The notes beneath the pieces were generated by a model that ran no database searches, was not told the DNA's origin, and saw only the letters and a program-made list of their open reading frames with translations. Positions 9,066-18,247 of a DNA stretch of 64,000 nucleotides are shown here, piece by piece. The position numbers and the translations under genes were made by a program. Source of the DNA: Acidobacteriota bacterium (lineage in GTDB: Bacteria; Acidobacteriota; Thermoanaerobaculia; Multivoradales; JAGPDF01). How positions within the stretch are numbered: position 1 is the stretch's first letter; each line of letters opens with the position of its first letter. The stretch lies in the NCBI GenBank assembly GCA_045862895.1, contig BTUO01000006.1, positions 1 to 64,000 on the forward strand, given 5' to 3'.

Positions 9066-9836
9066 TCAGGCGGCGGTGGGGTCTTCGACCGGCGTGGTGG
9101 CGGCGCGGCGGGCGGTGCCGGGGACCAGCATCGGCACGCGGCGGCGGTAGCTCGCGTAGCGCTCGCCGTGCTCGGCGAGCAGATCCCGCTCCTCGAGCCG
9201 GATCGCGACCAGGATGTAGGCGGTGGTCATGAGCGCGAACACCAGGTGGGCGGCGGTCATCGTCGGGGTCGCCCAGAAGGCGAGCAGCCAGCCCACGTAG
9301 AGCGGGTGCCTCACCAGCTTGTAGGGGCCCGGCTCGACGAACGAGAGCGGACGGTAGGGCTGGCCGCGCAGGGCGAACCAGACCTGGCGCAGGCCGAACA
9401 GGTCGAAGTGGTTGATCAGGAAGGTGGTCACCAGCACCAGTCCCCAGCCGAAGGCGAAGAGCGCCCAGGCGACGCCGCGCGCGACGGCGGAGTCGGCTTG
9501 CCAGACCACGCCGCCGAGCGGCTGCCAGAGCGCGAACATCGCGATCAGGCAGAGGCTCGAGGCGAGCACGTAGATCGGCCGCTCGAGCTCGGGGGCGACG
9601 ATGCGGGTCCACGCTCGCTTGAACGCGGGCCGGGCCATCACGCTGTGCTGGATCGCGAACAGCGCGAGCAGGCCGAGGTCGATGGCGAGCGCCGGCGCGA
9701 TCGGCATCCGAGGCGCGCCGTCGAGGGTCGTCGGTACCAGCAGGCCGCCGACGAACCCCAGGGCGTAGAGGAAGGTGGCGAGGAAGACGAGATAGGCGAG
9801 AGCGCCGAAGGCGAAGATTGCGATGCGGCGGATCAT
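9066..9836 (-). CDS. ICMT/PEMT-family membrane methyltransferase
   Basis: Multi-TM protein. The C-terminal motif HPLYVGWLLAFWA...EERDLLAEHGERYASYRRRVPMLVP matches the isoprenylcysteine carboxyl / phospholipid methyltransferase family. Confidence 0.6.
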   Translation of the reverse strand: MIRRIAIFAFGALAYLVFLATFLYALGFVGGLLVPTTLDGAPRMPIAPALAIDLGLLALFAIQHSVMARPAFKRAWTRIVAPELERPIYVLASSLCLIAMFALWQPLGGVVWQADSAVARGVAWALFAFGWGLVLVTTFLINHFDLFGLRQVWFALRGQPYRPLSFVEPGPYKLVRHPLYVGWLLAFWATPTMTAAHLVFALMTTAYILVAIRLEERDLLAEHGERYASYRRRVPMLVPGTARRAATTPVEDPTAA

Positions 9837-10035
9837 GGCGAGGGCTCCTTTCGAGAAATCCGGCTCCGGTAGTGGCTACGAAACGGCTCGGCAAGCCCGC
9901 CACCCGGTGCGAAGGCCGCAGTCTGGCGGCGCGGACCGGCCCGCCGCATCCGACCGCTGTCCCGATCCGACTAGAATCCGGTCGCCTGCCCCCGACAGAT
10001 GTCCCGGACCCGGTCGGTGGAGGAGTCAGCAACCG

Positions 10036-11193
10036 GTGAGCGAGCCGCCCCTGCGCCGAACCGTCCCCCCGGCCGTCCGGCAGGTCGTCCGGCAGGCCGT
10101 CCGATACCTGCGCACCCCAGACGGCGTGCGCCTGGCCTGGGCCGAATCGGGGCGCGGTCCGACCCTAGTCAAGGCGTCCAACTGGCTGACCCACCTCGAG
10201 CTCGAGTGGCAGAGCCCGGTCTGGCGCCACTGGATCCGCTTCTTCTCGGACCACTTCCGCTTCGTGCGCTACGACGAGCGCGGCTGCGGCATGAGCGACT
10301 GGGAGGTCGCCGACCTCGGACCGCAGCGCTGGGCCGGCGACCTCGCGGAGGTGGTCACGGCCGCGGCCGGGGCGGAGCCGGTCGCCCTGCTCGGCGTTTC
10401 GCAGGGGGCGGCGCCGGCGATCGAGTTCGCCGTCGCCCATCCGGAGCGGGTCAGCCACCTGGTGCTCTACGGCGGCTACAGCCAGGGCTGGCGGATCCGG
10501 GGCGACGAAGCCAGCCGCCGTCGGTTCGCCGCGATGATCGAGCTGATCCAGCACGGCTGGGGGCGGGAGAATCCGGTTTTCCGGCAGCTGTTCACCTCGC
10601 GGTTCATCCCCGGCGGCACCGACGAGCAGCTCGACTGGTTCAACGACCTGTGCCGCAAGACGACCTCGCCGCACAACGCGGCGCGGCTGCTCGAGGCGCG
10701 CGCCGACGTCGACGTTCGCGGCCGGCTCGGCCAGGTGCGCGTGCCGACCCTCGTGCTGCACGCGCGCAACGACGACGTGGTGCCGCTCGCGTCCGGGCGG
10801 ATCCTGGCGAGCGAGATTCCGGGCGCCGAGTTCGTCGAGCTCGACTCGGCCAATCACATCCTGCTCGAGGACGAGCCGGCGTGGCAGCGCTTCCGCGACG
10901 CCGTGACCGAGTTCGCAGGCGTCGCCGCGCCGCCGGCGGGCACGGGGGACGACGGCGCCTTCGCCGCGCTCTCTCCGCGCGAAAGCGAGGTGCTGGCGCT
11001 GATCTGCGAGGGGCTCGCCAACGCCGAGATCGCCGCGCGGCTCGGCATCCGCGACAAGACCGTGCGTAACCACGTCTCGAACCTCTTCGACAAACTCGGC
11101 GTCTGGACGCGCGCCCAGGCGATGGTCTTCGCGCGCGACCACGGGTTCCCGGGTGCGGGCAGCCGGGCGAAGCCGGGCGCTCCGCGGAGGTGA
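10036..11193 (+). CDS. alpha/beta-hydrolase domain fused to C-terminal LuxR-type HTH regulator
   Basis: GTG start. Hydrolase core (GVSQGA nucleophile elbow, HxxxxE region), then ALSPRESEVLALICEGLANAEIAARLGIRDKTVRNHVSNLFDKLGV, a LuxR HTH. Confidence 0.75.
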   Translation: MSEPPLRRTVPPAVRQVVRQAVRYLRTPDGVRLAWAESGRGPTLVKASNWLTHLELEWQSPVWRHWIRFFSDHFRFVRYDERGCGMSDWEVADLGPQRWAGDLAEVVTAAAGAEPVALLGVSQGAAPAIEFAVAHPERVSHLVLYGGYSQGWRIRGDEASRRRFAAMIELIQHGWGRENPVFRQLFTSRFIPGGTDEQLDWFNDLCRKTTSPHNAARLLEARADVDVRGRLGQVRVPTLVLHARNDDVVPLASGRILASEIPGAEFVELDSANHILLEDEPAWQRFRDAVTEFAGVAAPPAGTGDDGAFAALSPRESEVLALICEGLANAEIAARLGIRDKTVRNHVSNLFDKLGVWTRAQAMVFARDHGFPGAGSRAKPGAPRR

Positions 11194-11364
11194 GCTGCGG
11201 GGGTCGGGAAGCTTCACACGAGGGCCGGAAACGATGCGCATCGCGTCGCCGCCGGCTACCCCCCACCAAAGTGGGGCAACTCCTGGCGTGCCGGCGCGTA
11301 CGAATCCGGTGAGCCGAGGTCGCGGTCGACGCGGCCGTCGGCGAACGGAGGAAGGGAGTCGCAC

Positions 11365-12441
11365 TTGCGGGGATCGGGAGCGATGTTGCTCGGGTTGGCC
11401 CTCGTTGCCGCCGCGGCGGCGGCCGAGGGGGCTCCGGCGATTCCGGAGACCGACCGAATCCGACTGGCGGAGGGGTTCCGGCTCGCCAGCGCTCTCGGCG
11501 ATCGGCTCTGGCCCGGGTGGAGCGAGGCGCCATTCGCGGTCCTGCTGGTCACGCCGGAGCACGAGTTCCTGATGCGGCATCCGCGCCCGACCGGCGACTT
11601 CACCCCCGCGGGCGAGGACGAACGGTTGGGCGGTCGAGTCTGGGTGCGGCCGCGCCGGTTTCCGACCGAATTTCTGGCGACCTTTCCCGCGGTCGCCGGG
11701 GTGCCCACCGTCGTCATCGGCCAGGCGCAGAACACCGAGGCCGCGACCTCGACGCGCTGGGTGATCACGCTGCTCCACGAGCACTTCCACCAGCTGCAGG
11801 ATTCGCGCCCTGGTCACTACGAAGCGGTTGCCGCGCTCGACCTGGCACGCGGCGACACCACCGGCATGTGGATGCTCGATTTCCCGTTTCCCTACGACCG
11901 GCCGGAGGTGGTGGCCGGATTCTCGGCGCTGGCGCGCGGGTTGGGCGCGGCGCTCTTGGCGTCCGAAGGTACCGATCTCGAGCGGGCGTTCGCGAGCTAT
12001 CTCGACGCGCGGGTCCGCTTCCGCGCTCTGCTCGACCCTGCCGAGGCCCGCTATTTCGACTTCCAGCTCTGGAAGGAGGGCATCTCGCGCTACACCGAGG
12101 CCCGGCTCGCGGAGCTCGCCGCCGCGGAGTACCAGCCATCGCCGGCGTTCGCCGCCCTCGACGACTTTCGCCCCTTCGCCGAGGTCGCCGCCGCGATCCG
12201 CCACGGCATCGACCGAGAGCTCTCGAGCGTCGACCTGGCCGCCGCGCGCCGCACCGTCGTCTACAACTTCGGCGCCGCCGAAGGTCTGCTCCTCGATCGC
12301 GTCCGGCCGGACTGGCGGGAGCGCTACTTCGGAGCCGGTCTCACGCTGGAGCGTCACTTCGCGGGGCTCGGCACGGCGCCGACCGCAGCGACGCGACGCG
12401 ACCGTCCCACACCGTCCGACCCGCCCCGCGGCGTGAACTAG
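11365..12441 (+). CDS. secreted hypothetical protein with HExxH motif (possible metallopeptidase-like)
   Basis: Signal peptide MLLGLALVAAAAAAEGA. HEHFHQ zinc-binding-like motif. Confidence 0.5.
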   Translation: MRGSGAMLLGLALVAAAAAAEGAPAIPETDRIRLAEGFRLASALGDRLWPGWSEAPFAVLLVTPEHEFLMRHPRPTGDFTPAGEDERLGGRVWVRPRRFPTEFLATFPAVAGVPTVVIGQAQNTEAATSTRWVITLLHEHFHQLQDSRPGHYEAVAALDLARGDTTGMWMLDFPFPYDRPEVVAGFSALARGLGAALLASEGTDLERAFASYLDARVRFRALLDPAEARYFDFQLWKEGISRYTEARLAELAAAEYQPSPAFAALDDFRPFAEVAAAIRHGIDRELSSVDLAAARRTVVYNFGAAEGLLLDRVRPDWRERYFGAGLTLERHFAGLGTAPTAATRRDRPTPSDPPRGVN

Positions 12442-12527
12442 CGGACGTCGCGCCGGACCGGCGCCCGGTGCCCGAGCCTGGCGGAGCGCTCCGGGGCGTG
12501 GCGAGGTCCGAGCCGCGCGGGCCTCCG

Positions 12528-13103
12528 TCAGGTCAGAGGCAGCGACCGGAATCGGACCACGAGGTCGTGCCAGGGGCGGGTCGGGGCGAAGGTGAACCAG
12601 AGCGTGTGCGCGACGACGAACAGGGCGAACATCGCCAGCAGCGCGCGGCGGGCCGGCACCGGACCGCGGAAGGTGAAGACGAGCGCCGCGAGGAGCAGGT
12701 CGGTGAGCGCGAACGTCAGCACCGCGATCCAGCGCGGGTCGGGCAGCGGAGGAAAGTAGAAGTGGAGGATCCTGCCGACGACGGGGTCGATCATCAGCAA
12801 AGCCGTCGCGACCATGAAGCGGCCGTGGGCGGCCGGCGTCGCGCGGAAGGCGAGCCCGAGCGCGTAGCAGACGACGAACAGCGCCGTGGTGTGGAACGGC
12901 AGGTAGAAGAAGGCAGCCTCGGCGTCGAGCGTCGCCAGGTCCATCTGTGCCGTCCGGCGGTGCGCGAGCAGCGTGCTCGCGAGTGCGAACAGCAGCGCCA
13001 CGATCCAGGTGACTCTGCCGAGCCGGCGGTGCAGCTCGAGCCGGCGTTGCTGGACCAGCAGGGGCTGGACGACGAGCAGCAGCAACCAGGTCACCGCGAC
13101 CAC
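12528..13103 (-). CDS. hypothetical integral membrane protein
   Basis: GTG start; five or six TM helices. Confidence 0.45.
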   Translation of the reverse strand: MVAVTWLLLLVVQPLLVQQRRLELHRRLGRVTWIVALLFALASTLLAHRRTAQMDLATLDAEAAFFYLPFHTTALFVVCYALGLAFRATPAAHGRFMVATALLMIDPVVGRILHFYFPPLPDPRWIAVLTFALTDLLLAALVFTFRGPVPARRALLAMFALFVVAHTLWFTFAPTRPWHDLVVRFRSLPLT

Positions 13104-13396
13104 GGCGTGGAAGTGCGTGTAGCCGTCGATCGCGGCGAACGGTCGCGAGACGTACTTCGGCCAGAACGCCGCGACCGCGAGCGCGAGCAGGAGGGCGACG
13201 AGCGGGACCGTCTTGCGGGCCAGGATTCCTCCGAGCGGCCGCGGGATCGATGGACGGGCATCCTACGGCGGGTGCTCGCCGGGCCGGGTGCGGCGAGGCC
13301 CGCCGGCCCCGGGGCACACGGAATTTGCTATCGTGGTACCAAGGTAGTAAAGTACCCGCCTGCCGGGGAACACTTCCCCCCGGCGCAGGAGGCCCG

Positions 13397-13891
13397 ATGG
13401 GTCCTTACGATTCGGTACCGGTCACCCGCACCTACACCCAGCACATCGAGGCGCCGCCCGCGCGCGTCTTCCCGCTGATCTGCCCCGTCCGCGAGGTGGA
13501 GTGGCTGGAGGGGTGGGGCGACGCCGTCGAGATCGTCCACTCGCGCAGCGGTCTCGCGGAGGAGGGCTGCGTCTTTCGCACCCGTGCCGAGGGGCAGCCG
13601 GAGACGGTATGGATGATCACCCGCCACGAGGCCGACCGCGGCCTGGTCGAGTTCGTCCGCGTCACGCCGGGGCTGGTCGCGACCCGTCTCGTCGTCCGGA
13701 TCGAGGCGGGAGCCGACGGCGGCTCGACGGTCCGGGTGACCTACACGTTCACCCCGCTCGGCGCGGCCGGTGCCGAGCTCGTCCGCGAGAAGCACTCCGA
13801 GGCGGCCTTCCGGCGCAGTCTCGAGTGGTGGGAGCGCTCGATGAACCACTGGCTGCGCACCGGGGAGACCCTGCGCGCCGAGGCGGCCTGA
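13397..13891 (+). CDS. SRPBCC (polyketide cyclase/AHSA1-like) family protein
   Basis: Internal ATG with a perfect AGGAGG RBS. 164 aa with START/Bet v1-like composition. Confidence 0.6.
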   Translation: MGPYDSVPVTRTYTQHIEAPPARVFPLICPVREVEWLEGWGDAVEIVHSRSGLAEEGCVFRTRAEGQPETVWMITRHEADRGLVEFVRVTPGLVATRLVVRIEAGADGGSTVRVTYTFTPLGAAGAELVREKHSEAAFRRSLEWWERSMNHWLRTGETLRAEAA

Positions 13892-13989
13892 GCTTCGGTG
13901 GCCGCGCTCCGCGGCACCGCGCGTCGGCGACCGGCGCGCGCGTCGCGGGGCGCGGCGGGATCGGCCAGGTGCCGCTGTAGGCTCGCGAC

Positions 13990-14268
13990 ATGGTGAAGAA
14001 AGTGAATCCGGGCCCCGCGATCGTGGTCGAACGGGTGCAGACGGGAGTGCGCATCGAGAAGCGCCTGCTCAAGGTGCTCAAGGCGCTCGCCGAGCTCAAG
14101 GACCTCTCGCTCGGCGACCTGCTCGAAGGGATCGTGCTCCATGCCTTCGAAGGCAAGGCGCCGTTCTCGGCCGAGACGCTGCGCGAGATCGAGCGGCTGC
14201 GCGAGGTCTACCGATTGACGCTGCGCGCCGCCGACAGCCACCAGCTCGAGGAGCGCCGGCGCGCCTGA
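13990..14268 (+). CDS. hypothetical small protein
   Basis: 92 aa; charged and helical. Confidence 0.4.
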   Translation: MVKKVNPGPAIVVERVQTGVRIEKRLLKVLKALAELKDLSLGDLLEGIVLHAFEGKAPFSAETLREIERLREVYRLTLRAADSHQLEERRRA

Positions 14269-14326
14269 GATCGCCCGCGACAGAGGCCCGCCGCGCCCTT
14301 CGACGCGAGGTCGAGCGCCGCCGAAG

Positions 14327-15172
14327 TCAGGGCGCGACCGCGCTCCAGATCGCGGTGCTGGCGGACTCGAAGCCGTCGCAGTAGACCCCGATCGGGGAGT
14401 CGCAGTAGAAGCTGTCGTTGACCAGGAGCAGGACGGTGACGGTCTCGCTGCCGCTCGGAGGCAGCAGCAACGAGAACTGCCAGCCACCGGTGAAGTCGGC
14501 CGGACCGAACGGCAGGCCGGTGTTGTCGAACTCGGTGATCGCCGCGTCCGAGAGCAGTGCCGGGACGTCGCCGGCGCCGAGGGGCGCGACGAGGTAGCCG
14601 CTCCACCCGGGCGATCCGGAATAGGCGGCGCGCTGCGAGCCGGAGTCGGAGAGCTCGATCAGCCCGTTGGGCGACCACTGCGCGAGCCGCGCCGAGTCGT
14701 TGCCGAAGTCGGGACGGACGTCGAAGTCGGCGAAGTGGAAGATGTCGAGCGCGAGCGGCTCGACCGCGCTGAGGTTCTCGACGGTCAGACTCATCTGGAC
14801 GAAGCCGCCGGGGGCGCCGATCTGGGGCCCGAGATCGAGCAGGATGGTGATCTCGGTCGCGGCGAACAGGCCGCGACCCGCGACGTCGTCCCACGCGATC
14901 AGCGACTCGTTGCCGACGTAGCTCTGCGAATCGGGTTGCGGCAGCGGGAACTCCCGCGTGTCGCCGGCGACGCGGAACCACCAGCCGGTTTCGAACAGGA
15001 AGTCGTCCGCCGGCGCCGAGCCGACGCCGATCAGGTCGGCGGTCGGCGTCGCGTCGAAGGGCGTCAGCGTCCTCCGGAAGGTCACGTCCCCGGCGGTCGT
15101 CTCCCCCTGCGCGAGCCCGGGGGCGGCCACGAGGGCGCCGAGGACGAGCAGGGTCCCGAATCGAATCCGCAT
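14327..15172 (-). CDS. secreted hypothetical protein carrying the C-terminal DGFE...WS..P tag
   Basis: Signal peptide MRIRFGTLLVLGALVAAPGLAQG. Ends ...YCDGFESASTAIWSAVAP. Confidence 0.7.
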   Translation of the reverse strand: MRIRFGTLLVLGALVAAPGLAQGETTAGDVTFRRTLTPFDATPTADLIGVGSAPADDFLFETGWWFRVAGDTREFPLPQPDSQSYVGNESLIAWDDVAGRGLFAATEITILLDLGPQIGAPGGFVQMSLTVENLSAVEPLALDIFHFADFDVRPDFGNDSARLAQWSPNGLIELSDSGSQRAAYSGSPGWSGYLVAPLGAGDVPALLSDAAITEFDNTGLPFGPADFTGGWQFSLLLPPSGSETVTVLLLVNDSFYCDSPIGVYCDGFESASTAIWSAVAP

Positions 15173-15323
15173 GACGAAGGCTCCCGAAAGCCGACGAACG
15201 ATAGCGCAGCTCGCGCCCGCCGGGCCGGAGCATCCGCGGGCGCGCGGGTCGCGTACGATCCCCGGCGGAGGATCGATCTTGTCGAACGGCTCGGGCGGCG
15301 AATGCGGCGGACGGTGGGGAATC

Positions 15324-16241
15324 GTGGCGAGGCTGGCGCCGGGGGCGCTGGCGGCCCTCGTTCTCGGTGGCTGCGTGACGATGCGGCCCTATGCCGAGGT
15401 GGCGGCGACGCTGCCGGCGGACAGTCTGGTCGAGGTCGAGAGCCGGCGCGTGCACGTGGTCGACGTCGGCGCCGGCGAGCCGCTGGTGTTGCTGCACGGC
15501 TTCGGTGCTTCGACGCTGATCTGGGACGCGGTGATGCCCGAGCTCGCGCGCTCGCGGCGGGTGATCGCGATCGACCTCAACGGCTTCGGCTGGACCGAGC
15601 GACCGCGCGACCCGGCGGCGTACACGCTCGCCGGGCAGGAGCGCCTGGTGCTCGGCGTCGCCGACGCGCTGGGGATCGATCGGTTCGATCTCGCCGGCCA
15701 CTCCTACGGGGGAGCGATCTCGATCTTCCTCGCCTCGCGCCATCCGGAGCGGGTGCGCTCGCTGGTGCTGGTCGACTCGGCGATGCCGGCCTACGGCACG
15801 CTGCGGCGGCGCGACCGATTCGCGAATCGAGGCCTCACCGGGGTCTACGTGCGGACGATCGGGCTGACCCGGCGGCGGGTCCGCGCCGGCCTCGAGGCCT
15901 CGTACGCCGACGACTCGAAGGTCACCCCGGCGCTGGTCGAGGCCTACCTCGAGCGCCTGCGCGTCGAGGGGGTCGAGGACGCCTTCTACGGCCTGACCGC
16001 TCCCTCCGGCGCCCCCCCGGATCGCGTGGAGCTCGCGACGCTCGCGCTGCCGGCGCTCCTGATCTGGGGTTCCGAGGACGAGCTGGTCTCCGTCGCCGAC
16101 GGTCGCGCCGCGGCCGCGGCGATGCCGGACGCGACCTTCGTCGAGCTCGCGGACTGCGGGCACTCGCCGATGGAGGAGTGCCCGGCCGGCTTCGTCGAGG
16201 CGGTCGAGCCGTTCCTCGAGCGGGTCGCGTTCCTCCCCTGA
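15324..16241 (+). CDS. alpha/beta hydrolase lipoprotein
   Basis: GTG start gives MARLAPGALAALVLGGC, a lipobox. HGFG, GHSYGG nucleophile and a C-terminal His. Confidence 0.8.
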   Translation: MARLAPGALAALVLGGCVTMRPYAEVAATLPADSLVEVESRRVHVVDVGAGEPLVLLHGFGASTLIWDAVMPELARSRRVIAIDLNGFGWTERPRDPAAYTLAGQERLVLGVADALGIDRFDLAGHSYGGAISIFLASRHPERVRSLVLVDSAMPAYGTLRRRDRFANRGLTGVYVRTIGLTRRRVRAGLEASYADDSKVTPALVEAYLERLRVEGVEDAFYGLTAPSGAPPDRVELATLALPALLIWGSEDELVSVADGRAAAAAMPDATFVELADCGHSPMEECPAGFVEAVEPFLERVAFLP

Positions 16242-16317
16242 GGGGTGCGTCCTCGCGTCGGGGATTCCGGATCGCCGGGATCCGGCCCGCGGGCGCCGTC
16301 GCGACACGGAGGTCGTC

Positions 16318-17358
16318 ATGTCGAGGAGAGTCGTCGGGTACGGGGCCCTGCTGGCGGCGATGGCGCTCGCCGCGGTTCCGGTGGTGGCGATCCGCGTCGA
16401 GATCCACACCCACTGGATTCCGGAAGCGGAGAACTCGTTCACCTTCCTGCTCGGCGACCGGGAGCTCTGTTCGTTCTCCGGGCGCGCGCCGGCCGGGCGC
16501 AACCTGAGCGACGGCGTCTGCCGTTTCGAGCTGCCCGCGAAGGCTCGCAGCCTGACCGTGCGTGGCAGCATCACCGACCGCGTCTGGGACTCCCGCACGG
16601 ACAGGATCTCGCTGAATGCCGCCGCGGGCTCGCGGACCCTCGAGCTGCGTGACGCCAGCGCGATCACGGCGCCCCTGCGCGACGCCGCGCTGCCGGTGGC
16701 GGAGCGCTGGCGGCGGTCGATCGCGGCCGAGGCGCAGCTGGTCGCCGGCTTCGGGGGCTACTCGTCGCTCTCGCTCGAGGCGGCGGCCTCGGCCGCCGAG
16801 ATCGCCGAGGCCGAGAAGCGCCTCGGCTTCGCGCTGCCGGCGGACTATCGCGAGCTGGTGAGCGCCGCGGGCGTGCCGCAGCTCGGCGACAGCTACGTCG
16901 CCCCGGTCGGGGAGCTGGTGACGGCCGACCGCACGATCCTCCACCAGTGGGGTTACGGCGACGCGGAGGTCCGCAAGTGGATGCCGGAGGCGGCGATCGA
17001 GCGACTGAAGCGGAGCGTCGTCCTCTTCTTCGAGGTCGGCGACGGCATGGGCGGCCAGCTCTTCCTGGCGCCGCCGAACGCGCCGTGCGGCGAGCGCTTC
17101 GCGACGATGTACTTCCACGAGGAGGACGGCATGGCCCCGGCGATGGCGGAGCTCGCCGCGGACCGCCTGACCTGCGCGAGCTTCGACGACACGCTGCTCG
17201 GGCACCTGGAGAGCCTGGTGCTGCTGCAGATCGAGTCGGATCTCGCCACCGAGACCGGCGAGCTCCTGTTCGACTTCTCGGCTCCGGTCCAGAAGCTCAA
17301 CCTGCGCTACTCGGTCGGCGACAAAGGAGAGCTCGAAGTCGATCTCAGTCGGGAGTAG
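16318..17358 (+). CDS. secreted protein with C-terminal SMI1/KNR4 (SUKH-1) domain
   Basis: Signal peptide. The C-terminal half contains EAEKRLGFALPADYRELV, typical of the SUKH family. Confidence 0.6.
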   Translation: MSRRVVGYGALLAAMALAAVPVVAIRVEIHTHWIPEAENSFTFLLGDRELCSFSGRAPAGRNLSDGVCRFELPAKARSLTVRGSITDRVWDSRTDRISLNAAAGSRTLELRDASAITAPLRDAALPVAERWRRSIAAEAQLVAGFGGYSSLSLEAAASAAEIAEAEKRLGFALPADYRELVSAAGVPQLGDSYVAPVGELVTADRTILHQWGYGDAEVRKWMPEAAIERLKRSVVLFFEVGDGMGGQLFLAPPNAPCGERFATMYFHEEDGMAPAMAELAADRLTCASFDDTLLGHLESLVLLQIESDLATETGELLFDFSAPVQKLNLRYSVGDKGELEVDLSRE

Positions 17359-17367
17359 CGCACAAAT

Positions 17368-17390
17368 GGTGACAGCCCCCAATTCTTCAG
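17368..17390 (+). repeat. intergenic motif GGTGACAGCCCCC-AATTCTTCAG (family copy a)
   Basis: Read directly; 34 bp upstream of a sigma70-like -35. Confidence 0.8.
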
Positions 17391-17423
17391 AACTTTGGAC
17401 TGGGAGTTCCTGCGCGGACCCCC

Positions 17424-17452
17424 TTGACAAGCCGCTCCGAGAGGCCCATACT
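17424..17452 (+). promoter_or_regulatory. sigma70-like promoter TTGACA-N17-CATACT
   Basis: Canonical -35 with 17-bp spacing; unusual in this GC-rich context. Sits upstream of a small RBS-led ORF. Confidence 0.45.
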
Positions 17453-17478
17453 CCGCGCCCTTGTTTCGAGGAGCAGCG

Positions 17479-17613
17479 ATGCGACGGTCGATGCAACATT
17501 CTGACAACTTCCTGAACGCGCGGCGCGCGGCGGCCGGAGACCGGGCATGGCCCGGAGTCGTCGGCCGGCAGTGCGCGCTCGGAGTCGAGGTGCGTCCGGA
17601 GGCATCGACCTAG
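17479..17613 (+). CDS. small ORF (44 aa) in a compact standalone transcription unit
   Basis: GAGGAG RBS 5 nt upstream of the ATG. Sequence MRRSMQHSDNFLNARRAAAGDRAWPGVVGRQCALGVEVRPEAST. Followed by a strong hairpin terminator. Confidence 0.25.
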   Translation: MRRSMQHSDNFLNARRAAAGDRAWPGVVGRQCALGVEVRPEAST

Positions 17614-17642
17614 GAAGATCGCGTGAAGCCGCGGGCTGCGCG

Positions 17643-17687
17643 AGAGCCTTCCGGGGTCGCCCCCCGGAAGGCTCTTTCGCTTTTCTG
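17643..17687 (+). terminator. Rho-independent terminator (14-bp perfect stem AGAGCCTTCCGGGG/CCCCGGAAGGCTCT + TTCGCTTTTCTG)
   Basis: Read directly. Confidence 0.6.
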
Positions 17688-18247
17688 CGGCGTTCGCGAG
17701 AAGGATCGCGGGTCCTGTGAGGCCCGCACGGCCCATCGCGATCGGATGGGAGGAAGGGAGCGGTCCGCACGGACCGCGCGGCGCCCGCCGGGCTGGCATG
17801 TCCTGGCGGTCGTTCCGGCGCGGGCTCGGAACCGTGCGGGGGCTCGAGATCACCAGAGGTCAGCTCGCGAGAGCCGGGGTTCGAATCCCCAACCGCGAAG
17901 GACGCGGTCCCTTTGGTACGGGTAATTCGGTCGGGGGGCGCCCGCGAGGCGTCGCCTGCCCGGTGCCGGGCGAGGTCCGGACGACTCTTCGGTATCGGGC
18001 GACACGCGGAGCCGCCCTGCGGGCCGGATGCGGTTCGCGTCCGAGGTCCGCGAAGCGTGGGGCGGAGGGGCGCGCGGTGGAACGTGCGCGCTCCTCCGCC
18101 CCGGGGCAGAGCGGACCGAGGCGCGGCGAGCGCCGGCCTCCGCGGCCACGGGTGCGGCGCGCCGAGCCGGCGCTCTTCGACCGATGTCGTGCGATCTCGG
18201 AGGTTCGTCTTCCCCGCGCCGGGGAAGTTTCGTGAAGGAGGTGTCGT

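Noticed and set aside
17878-17888. tRNA-like T-arm GGTTCGAATCC, considered as a tRNA or tmRNA gene
   Set aside because: No complementary acceptor 5' strand (TCGCGGT) within 70-90 nt upstream. No D-arm or anticodon arm could be built. No tmRNA tag reading frame (ALAA-stop) and no CCA. At most a relic tRNA 3' fragment.
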